Part shown: positions 27,684 through 40,139 of the stretch, piece after piece | How positions within the stretch are numbered: position 1 is the stretch's first letter | How the letters are laid out: each line of letters begins with the position of its first letter | NCBI GenBank assembly: GCA_963693365.1 | Contig: CAVNZM010000007.1 | Coordinates: 8,801,962 to 8,865,961 of the forward strand | Source of the DNA: Amoebidium appalachense | Taxonomy: Eukaryota; Protista; Ichthyosporea | Direction: 5' to 3' | DNA length: 64,000 bases | Position numbers and translations under genes: made by a program | The notes under the pieces: model-generated | Databases searched by the model: none | Told to the model about the DNA's origin: nothing | Seen by the model: the letters and a program-made list of their open reading frames with translations, nothing else

Positions 27684-30600
27684 CACCGTGGCCTTCATGG
27701 TGCTGGAACCCGAGGGTGTAGTCGAGTACGGCATCCCCATTCGATGCCTGCTCCAGCACAACAGTGTGGACTCAGAGATGACCGATGCCCCTACAAAGGA
27801 GGACAAAAACGAAGGTCAGAGTTTAAAACCACCCAGTGGCACCACACCCACCCACCCACCCCAGCACACACCCACAGACACACACGTGCATACACACACA
27901 ACCGCACCCACAACCACACACCCACCGCCCACACCACTGCATTCACACAACCCACCCCAACCACTCCCACACACTCCCTTCCTTGCAAAATGCGTGCACC
28001 AACAACACCTCGCACCTGGTTTGAACATGATAGACATACTAATTGTTCCACCCCCTCCCCCCGGCCCTTTTGCTGCCACATACACCACATCACATGACCT
28101 CTCCCACACATACCGAAGCTTTGTCTGTCCTATCCTCACACATGCAACACCCCACCCCACTTCCATTGCTGTGTACAACTACACACACACACACACACTC
28201 CTCCGGGATTTTGTTGTTGCACATGTAACGCTGCTAGACACAAAGGAAGAAAACTTACAAACACTCACTCAGGGCATGCTAGGCTCTATTTTCCCCGCGT
28301 CCATGGGACTAACACTCGGTGGTTCACCCCAGGGGAGTAACCAGCTTGTGTACTGGACCCCGGAGCTGACACAGCAAGTGAACGAGCGCCTGGACCTATC
28401 AGCGCCCACCTGCACAACAACAAGTCAGTTTCCACCCGCCCCACCCGAGCCCCAACCAGATGCTTCTACACTTACATCTGACGGCACCACCTTAAATGAT
28501 ACTAATAGCCCAATGATTAGCCCTAACTTATATGATAACGCTGCTTCTGCCAGTAATTATATGTCGGTAGATACATCTCCCTCCTCTCCTTTTCACACAA
28601 GGGATGATGATACTATTATGCTTAGTTACACCGACCATAGCCCAGATAGCGATAGTAGTGTACAAAAAATGTACATAGATCGCGCAGTAACAGGTATACA
28701 TACCTCTCCTTTGTCAAATTCAGCATTCATAGGCCTCTCTAGTGCCTTTCTCAGTGATGATAGTGACTCTGACACCCATGGTGAAGCAGGCACGTTGCCG
28801 CCACCCAACACCGCAGTGGCCTCCCCACCTGTACAGGCCCGGTTCGGTGAGAAACTAAATAAAAGCCAGGTAAATCAAATACAAACCATTATTGCCCGCT
28901 ATCCCGATGTGTTCACCGTACGTGTTGCAAGTATGGAAAAACTGGGTATAAGGCATTATGTTGATGTTGGTGGGCATCCACCCATTGCAAGCAAACCCTA
29001 TCGCACTTCGCACGCAGAAAGAGAAGTGATTCGAAAAGAGATAGAAGAAATGCTACGCATAGATGCAATAGAGGTGAGTAAGAGCCCGTGGGCGAGCCCA
29101 GTGGTTATTGTACCAAAGAAGGGAACAACCAAGTTGCGTTTCTGCGTAGATTACAGACGTATAAATGCCGTGTCTAAAAAAGATGCGTACCCCCTCCCCT
29201 CTATTTCTGATGCACTTGATTCGTTTGCTGGTTGCCAATATTATTCTTTTCTCGACTTAGCGCATGGCTTTTGGCTAATTAAAATGGCCGAAGAGTCAAA
29301 GGAAATCACCGCCTTCATCACACACCAAGGTTTGTATCAATTTAAAATAATGCCCTTTGGTTTAAGTAACAGCCCAGCAACGTTTCAAAAAGTTGTAAAT
29401 CAGATTTTGAACGGCACGCATGCATACGCACGTGCTTATCTAGACGACATAGCTATTTTTCCAAAAACATGGGAGGAGCATCTAGAGCATGTAGACGACG
29501 TTTTACGCAGACTAAACCAGGCAGGTGCATGTGTGAATCTATCTAAATGTACATTTGCCACACACAGTGCAACTTACCTAGGCCACATAGTCTCGGTTGA
29601 CGGCATTTCAGTCGACCAATCAAAAATAGAGAAAGTCCAGACCTGGCCTATACCGCGAAATATTAGCGAATTACGCTCTTTTCTTGGCTTGTGCTCATAC
29701 TACCGTCGTTTTGTCCCCCAGTTTAGTGCGATAACTGCCCCCCTCCGGAAACTACAACAAGGAGATGCAGAGTGGCAGTGGGGAGAAGCACAGCAACAAG
29801 CATTTGAAGAGTTAAAGGGTAAGCTGGTGTCTGCGCTCATATGCGCACACCCCCGCTTTGATAGAGAATTTATCTTACACACAGACGCGAGCTACGCAGG
29901 ATTAGGTGCAGTTTTGGAACAAGGAGGAGATGAAGGGTTGCTACATGTGATTGCATATGCAAGCAGAAGTTTGCATGCAGCCGAGAAAAATTATGCAGTC
30001 ACAGAGCTCGAATGTCTTGCTCTCGTTTGGGCCACAGAACACTTTCGCCCCTATCTTTACGGTTCACATTTTAAAGTTATATGTGACCACACTGCCTTGA
30101 AAGCATTACTCACAAAAGAACTACCTAACCCAAGGTTACAAAGATGGGCACTGAAATTACAGGCGATGGATTTTACAATTATACCTCGCCCCGGCGTCCA
30201 GCACACGAATGCAGATGCTCTTTCCCGCCTTCCAGCTATCTCTACCCCCAAGGCGAGTGCGGTAGAGGATGGCTTTAACACTGTTAACTTGCACGTGGCC
30301 ACCATAAAACGTCAGGAGCCGTTTTTCCTAGAGGGGGAAACACGTCAGAATACTCCACAAGTTAACAGCATGCCTGTTGCGCCCAGCATGAGAACACTAG
30401 CCCCGGCCCCCGATCTAGCCCCGCAAGTGGCGTTGATGGCTAGGGAGGGATTGCGTAGTCGTTCAACAAAGGGAAGGACGGAAGCTCGAATGATAACAGA
30501 TATAAACACAACACCTACAGCCTACACACACACACAACACAAAACAAAACGACAAAAACTAGACACAGACACAACCTCACTCACACAAAACACACCACAC

Positions 30601-32277
30601 ACAGACACAACAAGTACAACAGCGTCACACACGAAAGATACACCTACCATCACGGCCACACAGCAAGACGAAACGGCAGCAACAGACACCGGCAGCGCAT
30701 TCAGCGATACGCACGCGCAGCCACCACTGCCACACACAGTCACTGTGACCGAGCCACAAGCCACAGAACCTCAGTTACCGGCCCCCACCACAGACAAACT
30801 CACATGGGTAGAACCACGGTTCCGACAAATAACACCTGAGGAGGTAAGAGCTTATCAGAATTCTGATGAACGGTGTAAAGCAATAATTGACTATGTGCTA
30901 TATAAAATTATACCTTCGAATGATAAATACTACAGAGAGATATTACTTTGCAAAGACGCATACACAGTGTACGATGGTATTCTATATAAAGTGTACACGC
31001 CACAAAGCCGAAAAGACCCCAAAGACACACTCAGACATGCACTGTATGTTCCCTACGGCCTGAAATTTCAAACGTTTACTGCTTGCCACGAAGACCTCTC
31101 TGCAGGTCACTACGGATTTAGCAAAACATATCTAAAAGCGCGCACGCAGTATTTTTGGCCCGACATGTATCATCATGATGCTGACATACTTGCATGGTGC
31201 AGAGCATGTAAAATTTGCGCAACACGGAAGAAAAAAGATCTTTCCGCCTCTCTTTCCTTACTACCCAACGTTCCGCATACCTCTTCCCACTTACTGCTGT
31301 TGTGTCAATCGGCGGTGACCAATCGGAAGATTTCATTAGCTACTCGACTTGCAGGAAAAAGTTAGCCCATATGTTGTAAAACTTTGCGAGGCTTTTTTTT
31401 CTTTTTTTTCTTTTTTATTTTTTTTTATTTTTTTATTTTTTTATTTTTTATTTCACACACACACACTGTGTGTGTGTGTCCCCCCCTCCCCGTGCCAAGA
31501 AAGCACTCTGAACCGTTTTTATTTTTCCATAAGCTCACACCTGCACACTATCACGATGCGAATGGATTGTGTGAACGATTAAATAGAGATCTACGAAACA
31601 ATCTGTCTATGTTCACGCTTGATTATCTACGTTCTTGGGATTTATTTGTACCTTATTTTCTTCTGGCATGCCGAACCACTGTGTGCTCCAGCACAGGATA
31701 CACACCGGCAGAGCTATTGTATGGAAGAATGCTACAACTGCCTTATAATCGTTTGATTAATACACCCGACACCGTCCCTGCCTCCCAAAATGAGTATTAT
31801 TTGGAGCTATTAGATAAACTGCGTTTCGCACATGCAACAGCCTCTGATTTGTCACGTACTGAAAGACAAAAACAAGTAGCTAAACGTAACGAACGTGCAA
31901 AAACACGCAGTTGGGACACAGGTGACAAGGTATGGCTGTACACACCGCAAAAGAAAAAGGGTGTGTCGACAAAGCTTTTGCACTGCTGGCATGGGCCATA
32001 CACCATACGTAAAAAGGCTACAAACTCCACTTACTACTTAGTGAATGCACGAGGATGGAAAGTGAAAGCCCCTGTGCACGTCACCCGGCTCAAGCCCTAT
32101 CACAATCCCAACGTACGGCCCACTGATAAAATCCCTATGCCAATCACAGATGCTATCGATTCCGACCTGCCACCTCCACGTGATGCAACACCCATCGAAG
32201 TTACTGGACAAGTGACAACGAAAGATGGTAGGTTCTGGCGTATAAAATGGTCTGATGGCAGAGAGAATTGGGATTAA
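27610..32277 (+). pseudogene. pol: Gypsy pol (degenerate protease, RT, RNase H, disrupted integrase, chromodomain-like tail)
   Basis: SPWASPVVIVPKK, LRFCVDYRRIN, MPFGLSNSPATFQ, YLDD, TDAS, NYAVTELECLA, HHCC zinc finger, NGLCERLNR, GPY, WRIKWSDG. The integrase core at about 31240-31530 is unrecognisable or low-complexity. Confidence 0.93.
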
Positions 32278-32505
32278 GAACACAATTTAGGTGAATCACT
32301 ATCCAACATAGCTAAACTTACTACTACTGCTTCCATGGTCCCGATACCTACGTTCGACTATGCTTTCCATCAGCCTGCGAAAACTGAAACGATTGGATTA
32401 CCCAAAATTTAGGTCTACCAATCACTCGACCGGCAAAATACCATGTTTGAGATGCACCAATCAGACCACCAAGTATGACGGGGACGTCATACCTCAGCAG
32501 GGGGT

Positions 32506-33485
32506 CGAAAGGAAGGCATCCTTGTACACTGATTTGATTGGCCAGATCCTGGATCAATAAGTTGAAATAAACACGGCCGTATGTCCGTGCAATGTACTCT
32601 GATCATGTCTTATAACCACGTGTCTGGAGACCATGGGAAACTCCCATGAACCATCTATCTTACCAGAAGCATGCAAAAGATTACGAAGATTTATTCCCGT
32701 TATTAGTGTAACACATATTTGCTAACATATTACGTCTGAAAACAATGAACATATGTATACGCGTGCACCTGTACGCGAAAGGCAATCTAATTATGGAATG
32801 TTGTGATTGAGTGTGAGCGAATGAGCAATCAATAGACTTAGCTATATATGGCGAAAAGCCATGAGCCAAGAGCCACGAGCCGATTGCCATGAGGCTTGTA
32901 CTTATATTCTTACAGAGAGATGAAATCGATTAACAGAAGTGTGTAAATAATTAACAATGATATAAGGCTGATATATATCTGTCATTCTAGAGAAATATGT
33001 AGTAACTTGTAATGTAAATATGCCCTGTACGTACTGTCTCTATATGATAAGTAGCTGTGAGCCGGATCCACTCATAAGGTCTTATAGGATGACATCATAG
33101 TGAGCAAAGAATAGATCGAATAGATTGATTGGTTAGATCTGTAGCCGCGCACTTTGTACATAGATGTCGGAACTCTTTTAACATAATATTTAGTGTAGCC
33201 AAGAGCGCTAGAAAGTATAAAAGGTAGTTAGAATTCGTTAGTTAGAGGGGGTCTTTCCCCTTCTTAGCACATGGTCACAACTAAGGGAAATAACACGCAT
33301 AGAATAGGCATTGCTTGTCTATGGTCATCGCTATTGCCTGTAGGCCATCGTATTGATACAGTCACGTACAGTTCCCTCGTCACATCTACATTACGGCCAG
33401 GTTGCCACAGCTTATGAGCATCAATAAACGTCCAAGTATTCATAAATTGCCATACTTAGTGTGTAACAGACCGCCGTCCTCAACG
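32506..33485 (+). repeat. Gypsy 3' LTR, 980 bp
   Basis: cgaaaggaagg...gtcctcaacg; contains tataaaa and aataaa. Confidence 0.95.
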
Positions 33486-33489
33486 CTTC

Positions 33490-34130
33490 ATCGACCTTAA
33501 GAACGCCTACGACAGTAACCCACTCAGTGGTTTGTTATGGCATAAGCTGGCTATGCGGGGCTTACCAGCCCCCTTTGGCCGTCTTCTGCAAGCCCTGTTC
33601 GATACCACTCGCGGACGAGCGGCGGTCAATGGAACATTAACGCCCGGTTTTTCTCGTTCTCGGGGTCTTCTGCAGGGGTCCCTCCTGAGTCCGTTGTTGT
33701 TTGACGTTTTCATCGACGATTTAGCCTGCGCCCTCGAACCTTTTGACCAACTGCATACCCGCCGTGTACCGGGTCTCCTTTTTGCGGATGATATTGTTCT
33801 TTGTTCCTTAACCGAAGACGTCATGCACCAGATGCTTCGTCAGGTGGATCAATGGTGCCCCGAGAATCTCATCACAGTCGGAATTGCAAAGTGTGCTACT
33901 TTTTCGAAAAACGCTTCCTTTCGATTGGCCAGTCGGTCTTCCTATTCCTGTTCAGAGCACATATGACTATATAGGAATAATTCCTTTCAAAGTTTACTGC
34001 ACGGGGTATTGATTTCCGCGCCAAGCTCCTCACGGCACGGATCGCTCGTGCGAAGGGTAAGCTTCACATCGTGTCAAATATGTTTCAACGGGAGTCTGTG
34101 ATCCATCCTGTGAACCTTCTTCTCTACTAT
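33490..34130 (+). pseudogene. Non-LTR (LINE) reverse transcriptase, 3' part
   Basis: IDLKNAYD, RGLLQGSLLSPLLFDVFIDDL, LLFADDIV; decays after about 33960. Confidence 0.9.
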
Positions 34131-34340
34131 ACTACATATGGGGGCGCGGCACCCCGTGGATGTGACGTCACAGGTAAAGACTTGTTGTGTACAATTGGCC
34201 GGAAGCGCACCAGCCCTGAGCACCCTGCATACATAAACAGCCGCCGGCAGCAACATCACACCAACCAACCATGAGCCATACATACACTGTCGAGGTGCAC
34301 ACCACAGTTACGTTCACCACACCCCCCAAGCAACTGCAAA

Positions 34341-35255
34341 ATGGTCAAGCCAACCCTGCTGCGTCAAAAGACTGGTCTGTCCACCATCAAAAGGCGCAGC
34401 ACCGCCGCGGCAAGCAGTGGCAAAGAAAACAGCACCAGCAGCATTGAGGGGGGCAAGGTGGTACTGTACAGGGATGTGTTCCTCAACGGCGTGGGCAAGG
34501 CCACCATGGGTGCGCCCTGGGTCATGAACGACGTGCTGGTGGTGCAGCTGTACAACCTGCCCAACATCAACATCAACGGGCAGATGTTGATTGAACTGGG
34601 CACCCACCTGTCTGCCTACGGCAAGACCACCATCAAGATCAAGTCCCAGCGCCACCCCGAGCCCTTTGAGGTTGCCTACGCCACCGACCTGTGGCCCTAC
34701 GTGTGCAGCATGACCAAGGACGTGCTGTGGCAGCACCAAGACCACGAGATGCTCAAGGGGGTGGACCTGGACACCGTCGCCGTCAAGACCAGCAGCAGCC
34801 TGTGGAGCAAGCACAACCCCAACCTGTACGAGGTGCTGGGGGCCGATCCCGTCAGCAAGGAGGATATGGCAGGGGCCCTGGGCGACACGTACTTCAACGT
34901 GACCGCGGAGCTCCCCAACCCCCTCGGCCGCAACGCCTGCCTCTTCAAGCTGGGCAACAACGCTGCATCTGTGGATGAGTTTATGGAGTTTATGAACTCC
35001 CAGCGTGCCAAGTGCCGCGAGGTCACCGCATGGGTGTCTGTGGCAGCCACCAGCATTATCTACAACAAGAAGAACAACAACGTGCGCACCAAGCTCATGG
35101 CACGCAAGGTCCAGGTGTTTGATCTAGATGGTCTGATGGAGGTGGTTGATAGCGAGGGGGAGGGGGAGGGGGAGGGGGTGGGGGGTGATGTGATGGCTAA
35201 GCGTGCTGGCACGCCCATGCCCGGTGATGACAAGGCCAAAATGCTCAGGATGTAG
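34341..35255 (+). CDS. Intronless 304-aa protein, possibly a T7 gp2.5/NCLDV-type OB-fold ssDNA-binding protein
   Basis: Uninterrupted ORF with strong C/G third-position bias. Upstream TGACGTCA, attgg and a TATA-like tacataaa; downstream aataaa. C-terminal beta-strand pattern VSVAATSIIY..VRTKLMARKVQVFDL is followed by an acidic/Gly tail. Coding status is well supported; function is inference. Confidence 0.7.
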   Translation: MVKPTLLRQKTGLSTIKRRSTAAASSGKENSTSSIEGGKVVLYRDVFLNGVGKATMGAPWVMNDVLVVQLYNLPNININGQMLIELGTHLSAYGKTTIKIKSQRHPEPFEVAYATDLWPYVCSMTKDVLWQHQDHEMLKGVDLDTVAVKTSSSLWSKHNPNLYEVLGADPVSKEDMAGALGDTYFNVTAELPNPLGRNACLFKLGNNAASVDEFMEFMNSQRAKCREVTAWVSVAATSIIYNKKNNNVRTKLMARKVQVFDLDGLMEVVDSEGEGEGEGVGGDVMAKRAGTPMPGDDKAKMLRM

Positions 35256-35383
35256 GATTGCATTGTTCTCTTTATTACGGTGCACCACGTGCCAGCTACC
35301 AGACCGGCCATAAGTGAATAAACGTGCAAGACATTGCGCACACACACAACCGAAACACGCTTGCAATTTGTACTGCCGGCGAC

Positions 35384-35439
35384 TGTGAGCCACGGATCCG
35401 CTGAAATTCAATGTGAGCCACGGATCCGCTGAAATTCAA
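35384..35439 (+). repeat. Perfect 28-bp tandem duplication
   Basis: tgtgagccacggatccgctgaaattcaa x2. Confidence 0.9.
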
Positions 35440-35786
35440 TGTGTTGGCAATAAAACCTCCGAATTCCTTTTAAAGTTCCCGTGCACGAATGAGATCATGG
35501 CACTATGAATGAAAGTTTATTGAACCCCCCTTCAAATGCAAGTTTGACGACGTCTACCAAGTGGTTGTTGCAGAGCCACCCGGCCCACAGTGTACTCTTT
35601 TTTTCTTGGATCTTTTCGTAAAAAAAATAGAAGTTTATTTTTACGGCTGGTTTTCTTTGTAAAAGAAGAAAAAACGTGGAAATAAAGGGCTCTGCCCAAT
35701 TATTATATTATACCTTCGCAACCACTGTGTCTAAGACACATGCACACACACACACACAACACACACACACACACACGCACACACAT

Positions 35787-35819
<33 letters not shown>

Positions 35820-36804
35820 CACACATGCACACATGCACACACACACACACACGTGCACACATGCACACACACACACACACATGCACACATCCATTTTTGC
35901 TTAACAAAGCTGCCAAGAAAGCAACTATGGACAGTGTGCAGATGCATGTGCCGAAAACTGAGGCCCCTTGATCTGTGTTCCCCAGTTTTGTGGAGTTTAT
36001 TGCATACTGTAACGGTGCTCAATTTGTATAAATCCGATCTGCCAGCGGGCTGACGTTTTGTCATGAACTATACGTCTACTTCATGTCTACTTCATTCCGT
36101 ATCTGTGCAGACAGCATGGCAGAGTAGCTCCATTACCATCTTTACCATAAAAAAGAACAGGAAACCACTCCCCCCCCCCCCCCCCTTTATCCCCTTTATC
36201 AAAAAAGCTTGGGTGCGGTATGAACCAATCGCAGCGGCTGTGGATAAAGGTGATAAATGCTTTCTTGGGATATTTGGATATTATTATTCTGTGTCCCTGG
36301 TGCCCATGGACGCTGCGCTGCTGGGACTGGCCGACAAGTTGCATGCCCATACTTCTCAGGGTGTTCCCTCTGTTGGCTGTTTGCATTTGTCAACTATACA
36401 CGCAACATCAGATCACCAGGCATAGATTCCCTTTTTTTGTTGGAACAGAAAACGTGATACAATTGTACCGGTACGCAGGGTCGATCGATTGAGATATGTA
36501 TATATCAAGGCCTCCTAAATAGCACACCGGGCCGAGGCACGAGGTCGTCACATATGAGAAGTGACGTCATCAAGAGTAGGGTTAGCTTCCAGCCGAATCC
36601 AGCGAAATGATTGGCCAACTGAGGAACGCGCGAAACCCAGTAAAGGCGATTTCGATTGGATAGAAGATTTTTGACTGCCATTTAGTGATTGGACAATACA
36701 GCAAATGGCGGGCTTTTGGTGTTCTTTGTATACTCGGGAAATTGTGGGGTACCAACATTAAGGATAAGGCAAAACCAACAATATTAGTATCTAGTCTGTT
36801 TTAA

Positions 36805-39800
36805 GGGGATCCCCTTGCTGTGATTTTTGGAAATTCCACGCATTCGATTGGATACCGGTTATCCAATCGAAGAGGTTATATTGAATTGAATCTAAAATAA
36901 ATAGACTTGTTTGGTTAGTCAAGATCCGGTATTACCATTGGCTGTAGGAATCACGATTTTGGCCGCGGAGACCCACAGTCGTGATTTCGGGGCCGAAAAG
37001 TGCCTGTAAATTTTAGTAGCCTATCGAAAGTACATCATAAATTGGCTTGTATCACACGGTGTCGACGGCAGCCACACACAGGCTTTCCCGCCAAAGTTTG
37101 GCGCAGAGAGCTCGGAGAGTTCCCGGCCGAGGACGGCGCCCTGCCGGCCCGCCCTGCGGCGCCTGGAGCGCCCGGCGGTGGTTGCCTGCACCCCAGGGGG
37201 AGCATGGGGGACGCAGGGGAAAAGAAATGACAGTAATAAAACAGGAACTAGTACACCTCATTTGTTCATCACATCTTTTTTCAAACATGTTCGAACATGG
37301 CGGACAAGAAAGGTAGGAAGAGAGTACAAAAACGCTCAGACAATGCTACCAAGCTCACAAAGAAACAGCTACTAAAACTGCTAGCTGAACGCAAGAGAAA
37401 GAATAACGTCGAAGAAGAAAACAACACAGACACTAGTGCAGAGGATACACAACGGGAAACCACACAGGAACAGAGCGAGGTTAGCTCAAACAGTCAGGAA
37501 AGCACCCATAGTGAGACCAGCGTTAATACTGGGGGAGGGGGGGTATCACCCCCTTCCCCCGCCCATAGTAGCCCCAATAGCCCTAGTGTAGGTAAAAGCG
37601 AATCGGAGGAAGAATGCACCCCCCCCCTCGCAAAAAGCATAGAGCAGAGCTTGAAGCTACAAACACACATGCAAACACACCCACACCCACAACCACACCA
37701 CGGAACGACCCCGCAGAGGGAGCAGCACAGCATGCTGTCGAGTTTGAAAATCATAGCGACGATTCCCACTCAGGTAGTGATGGCTATGACAGCAGCAGCG
37801 ATGCTGAGGATGCGGGCAAGGAAAGCGGTAGCAGTGTTGGGGGCTACAAGTCCATAGGCTCTAGTGACTATTCAGACGCCGTTCCCCTCAGAGTGATGGT
37901 CCGCCTTAGCGAACGTAGGGGTTCTCTGGGGACCGAAAATGACCCACCCGCAGCTAGCATCGACCCGGTTGATGCACAAAACGCGAGTGCACAAGAAACA
38001 GAAACCACAGCCCCACTATCTATAAATCCGGATGCAACCACCAACCCCACCAGCTCACCAACCCGAGGCTTACCCCCTAAAAAACCACGTATGCCACGCA
38101 CACACCCAGATGAAAGCATAATCGAAGAGGGGCTCAAGTTTTCTAATGCTGGTGTTGATGGGAAATCGATAAAGCCCATGTACATACTCCAACACGTAGA
38201 CATTTTCATACAGACCATTTGTGACAACATGCTTTGTAAACATTGTCAAAAACCATACACGAGACGACCCGCACATGCGAGACGGACACGGGTACCCTTG
38301 GGCAAACCCTTGACCTCGATGCTTGCAACGCGGTACAACACAAAACGCCTGTTTAGGGACGAGACCACCAACAGGCATACCATTCGGATTTATGTAGTGA
38401 CGGTACTTGTAATAAAAAACTTCATCTTCTAGTGCAGCTATATCTCGCACCTCTTGAACGAGTGAGTGTTCGCACGCACAATACAGCTCGGGCGTCCCTT
38501 GACAGTTAGGGCAAACGGCGAACTCGTCGTTCTCACTCATATTTACTTAGTATGTGCTTGTGCGCGTTTGAACAACAAAGAAAGTGAGCATTTCTGGGCG
38601 TGTCACGCCTTTTGTACCCTCACGTCGCGAGGAGGAACTTCGAGGAGGGTAAAAAAATCAAGGGGAACAATGTTCCCTCTGGCGTTCACTATGACAAGAG
38701 CCCCAGGCAGTTGAGACGTGCCCAGTAGCGTTGATATAATACACATATGTATAAGCCATAAAACAATAAGTAAACGCTTCATTGGTAAGGTAAAGAATCA
38801 ATATTCATGCATATCATATATGATGGCCGTATGAATTCGTACTTCTTCTTCCTATGCACCGCCGAGGCCGGAGGGTGTTGCTCTACCTAGCTCCAACTAC
38901 AGCCCTGCCTACCAAGTAGCCTGGAAACCACATAGCGCATGACAATAATCCAATGGCAGATAGCCCTTTTATGGTCCCTAGTGGACTAATTGGAAAAATG
39001 GCATATCGCTAATATATTTGCCATGAAAAGCCTTACTATACTCTAAAATTGAATAAAGATATACATATAACCACGTTTTTACCGACAGGTACTACACAAC
39101 AGCGCCTTGGTTTGTATAACTCACAGGAACACGAAGGATTACATCTATGTAAAGCCCAATCAAATCTTCCTGTTGATCCAGCATTTCGGCGCCAAAAAAC
39201 CTTATTGCGCGATCTGATTGGCTTTGCGAGGTCAACTGGCGGGAAAGCGAATGCGTGTACAGCCAATCACACGAGACTGGCGTGCACTGAATTTTGGGTG
39301 GTCGCAGAGTAGGGCAAACACACGCCGTACGGCTGGAAAGAGGCCTCTGCGAACCAGATGCAGACCGTAAACCTATCCAAAACCCAGGAAAGTGGGGTTG
39401 GAAATTCACCACTTAATATCCCCCTCCGGCGGTCGTTCCCCGTTTCCCTTCCCGACGCCCCCTTTGATACCCTTACTATACAGCACCCACCGTCTATTAG
39501 GAAGCAAGCCCTGGGAATTTTGCTGAAGGAAAATGACATTCGTACGCCTTTAGTATATATTAAAATAAGAATTACCAAGGCTGTAGGTGCTCCTTACGAT
39601 TTTTTTTTCGAGGTGGATCTGGTTCCTAGAAAACCAGCTGTGGTCATTACGCTATACACGCCGGCCGCGATCTATTGGTTGAGGCGATCATCTCTCTAAG
39701 TGCGGCTCACTAATAGCCGGCCCAAATCGTCGCTTGATTGGATCAAAGTCACGCTCTTATTTTATTAATAAATCCGGAGATATATGACCCGAAAACCCAC

Positions 39801-39813
39801 CCAGTAGATCCCC
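36805..39813 (+). mobile_element. Probable Kolobok-type DNA transposon nested in the P element
   Basis: TTAA on both flanks (36801-36804, 39814-39817); termini ggggatc...gatcccc with imperfect extension to about 22 bp; decayed Cys-containing ORF inside. Confidence 0.55.
37297..38714 (+). pseudogene. Frameshifted ORF: acidic/low-complexity N-terminus plus YILQHVDIFIQTICDNMLCKHC, putative Kolobok transposase N-terminal zinc region
   Basis: Overlapping ORFs 37297-37857 and 37614-38432 join by a frameshift in a C-run. The CxxC context resembles Kolobok/Mutator-like N-termini (inference). Confidence 0.45.
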
Positions 39814-40139
39814 TTAATAGCTTTATGAAATAACAAATACGTCAAAGCGCTCATTTATTTAACATTTAAATGGTTTATGCCGTTTTTGTGGCGTTTAAAA
39901 TATAATTTTAGGGAGTTATTTTAAGGGGCTAAGACTTTAAGTTGACGTAAGTACAATTACTTCATCAATCCCCATCGATCTCTCCTTGTGATCTAGGGGG
40001 CTGTGTGCCGGCCGCTTGTGTTGCTGCTACACGTAGAAAAGTAACTATTTCTTTGCCACCACTTTACGTGAAGTGTGCCTGCATTATATATAAAAAAGGC
40101 TGGGCAGTGCCACTTTGGCCACGCCCAGCCGCTACGCAG

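Larger units (their letters stand above)
23431..33485 (+). mobile_element. Ty3/gypsy LTR retrotransposon with CG...CG termini and 4-bp TSD cttc
   Basis: LTRs 23431-26053 (interrupted) and 32506-33485. TSD cttc at 23427-23430 and 33486-33489. PBS tggtagcagag at 26054; purine tract agcaggggg before the 3' LTR. Domain order gag-(PR)-RT-RH-IN. Confidence 0.95.
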
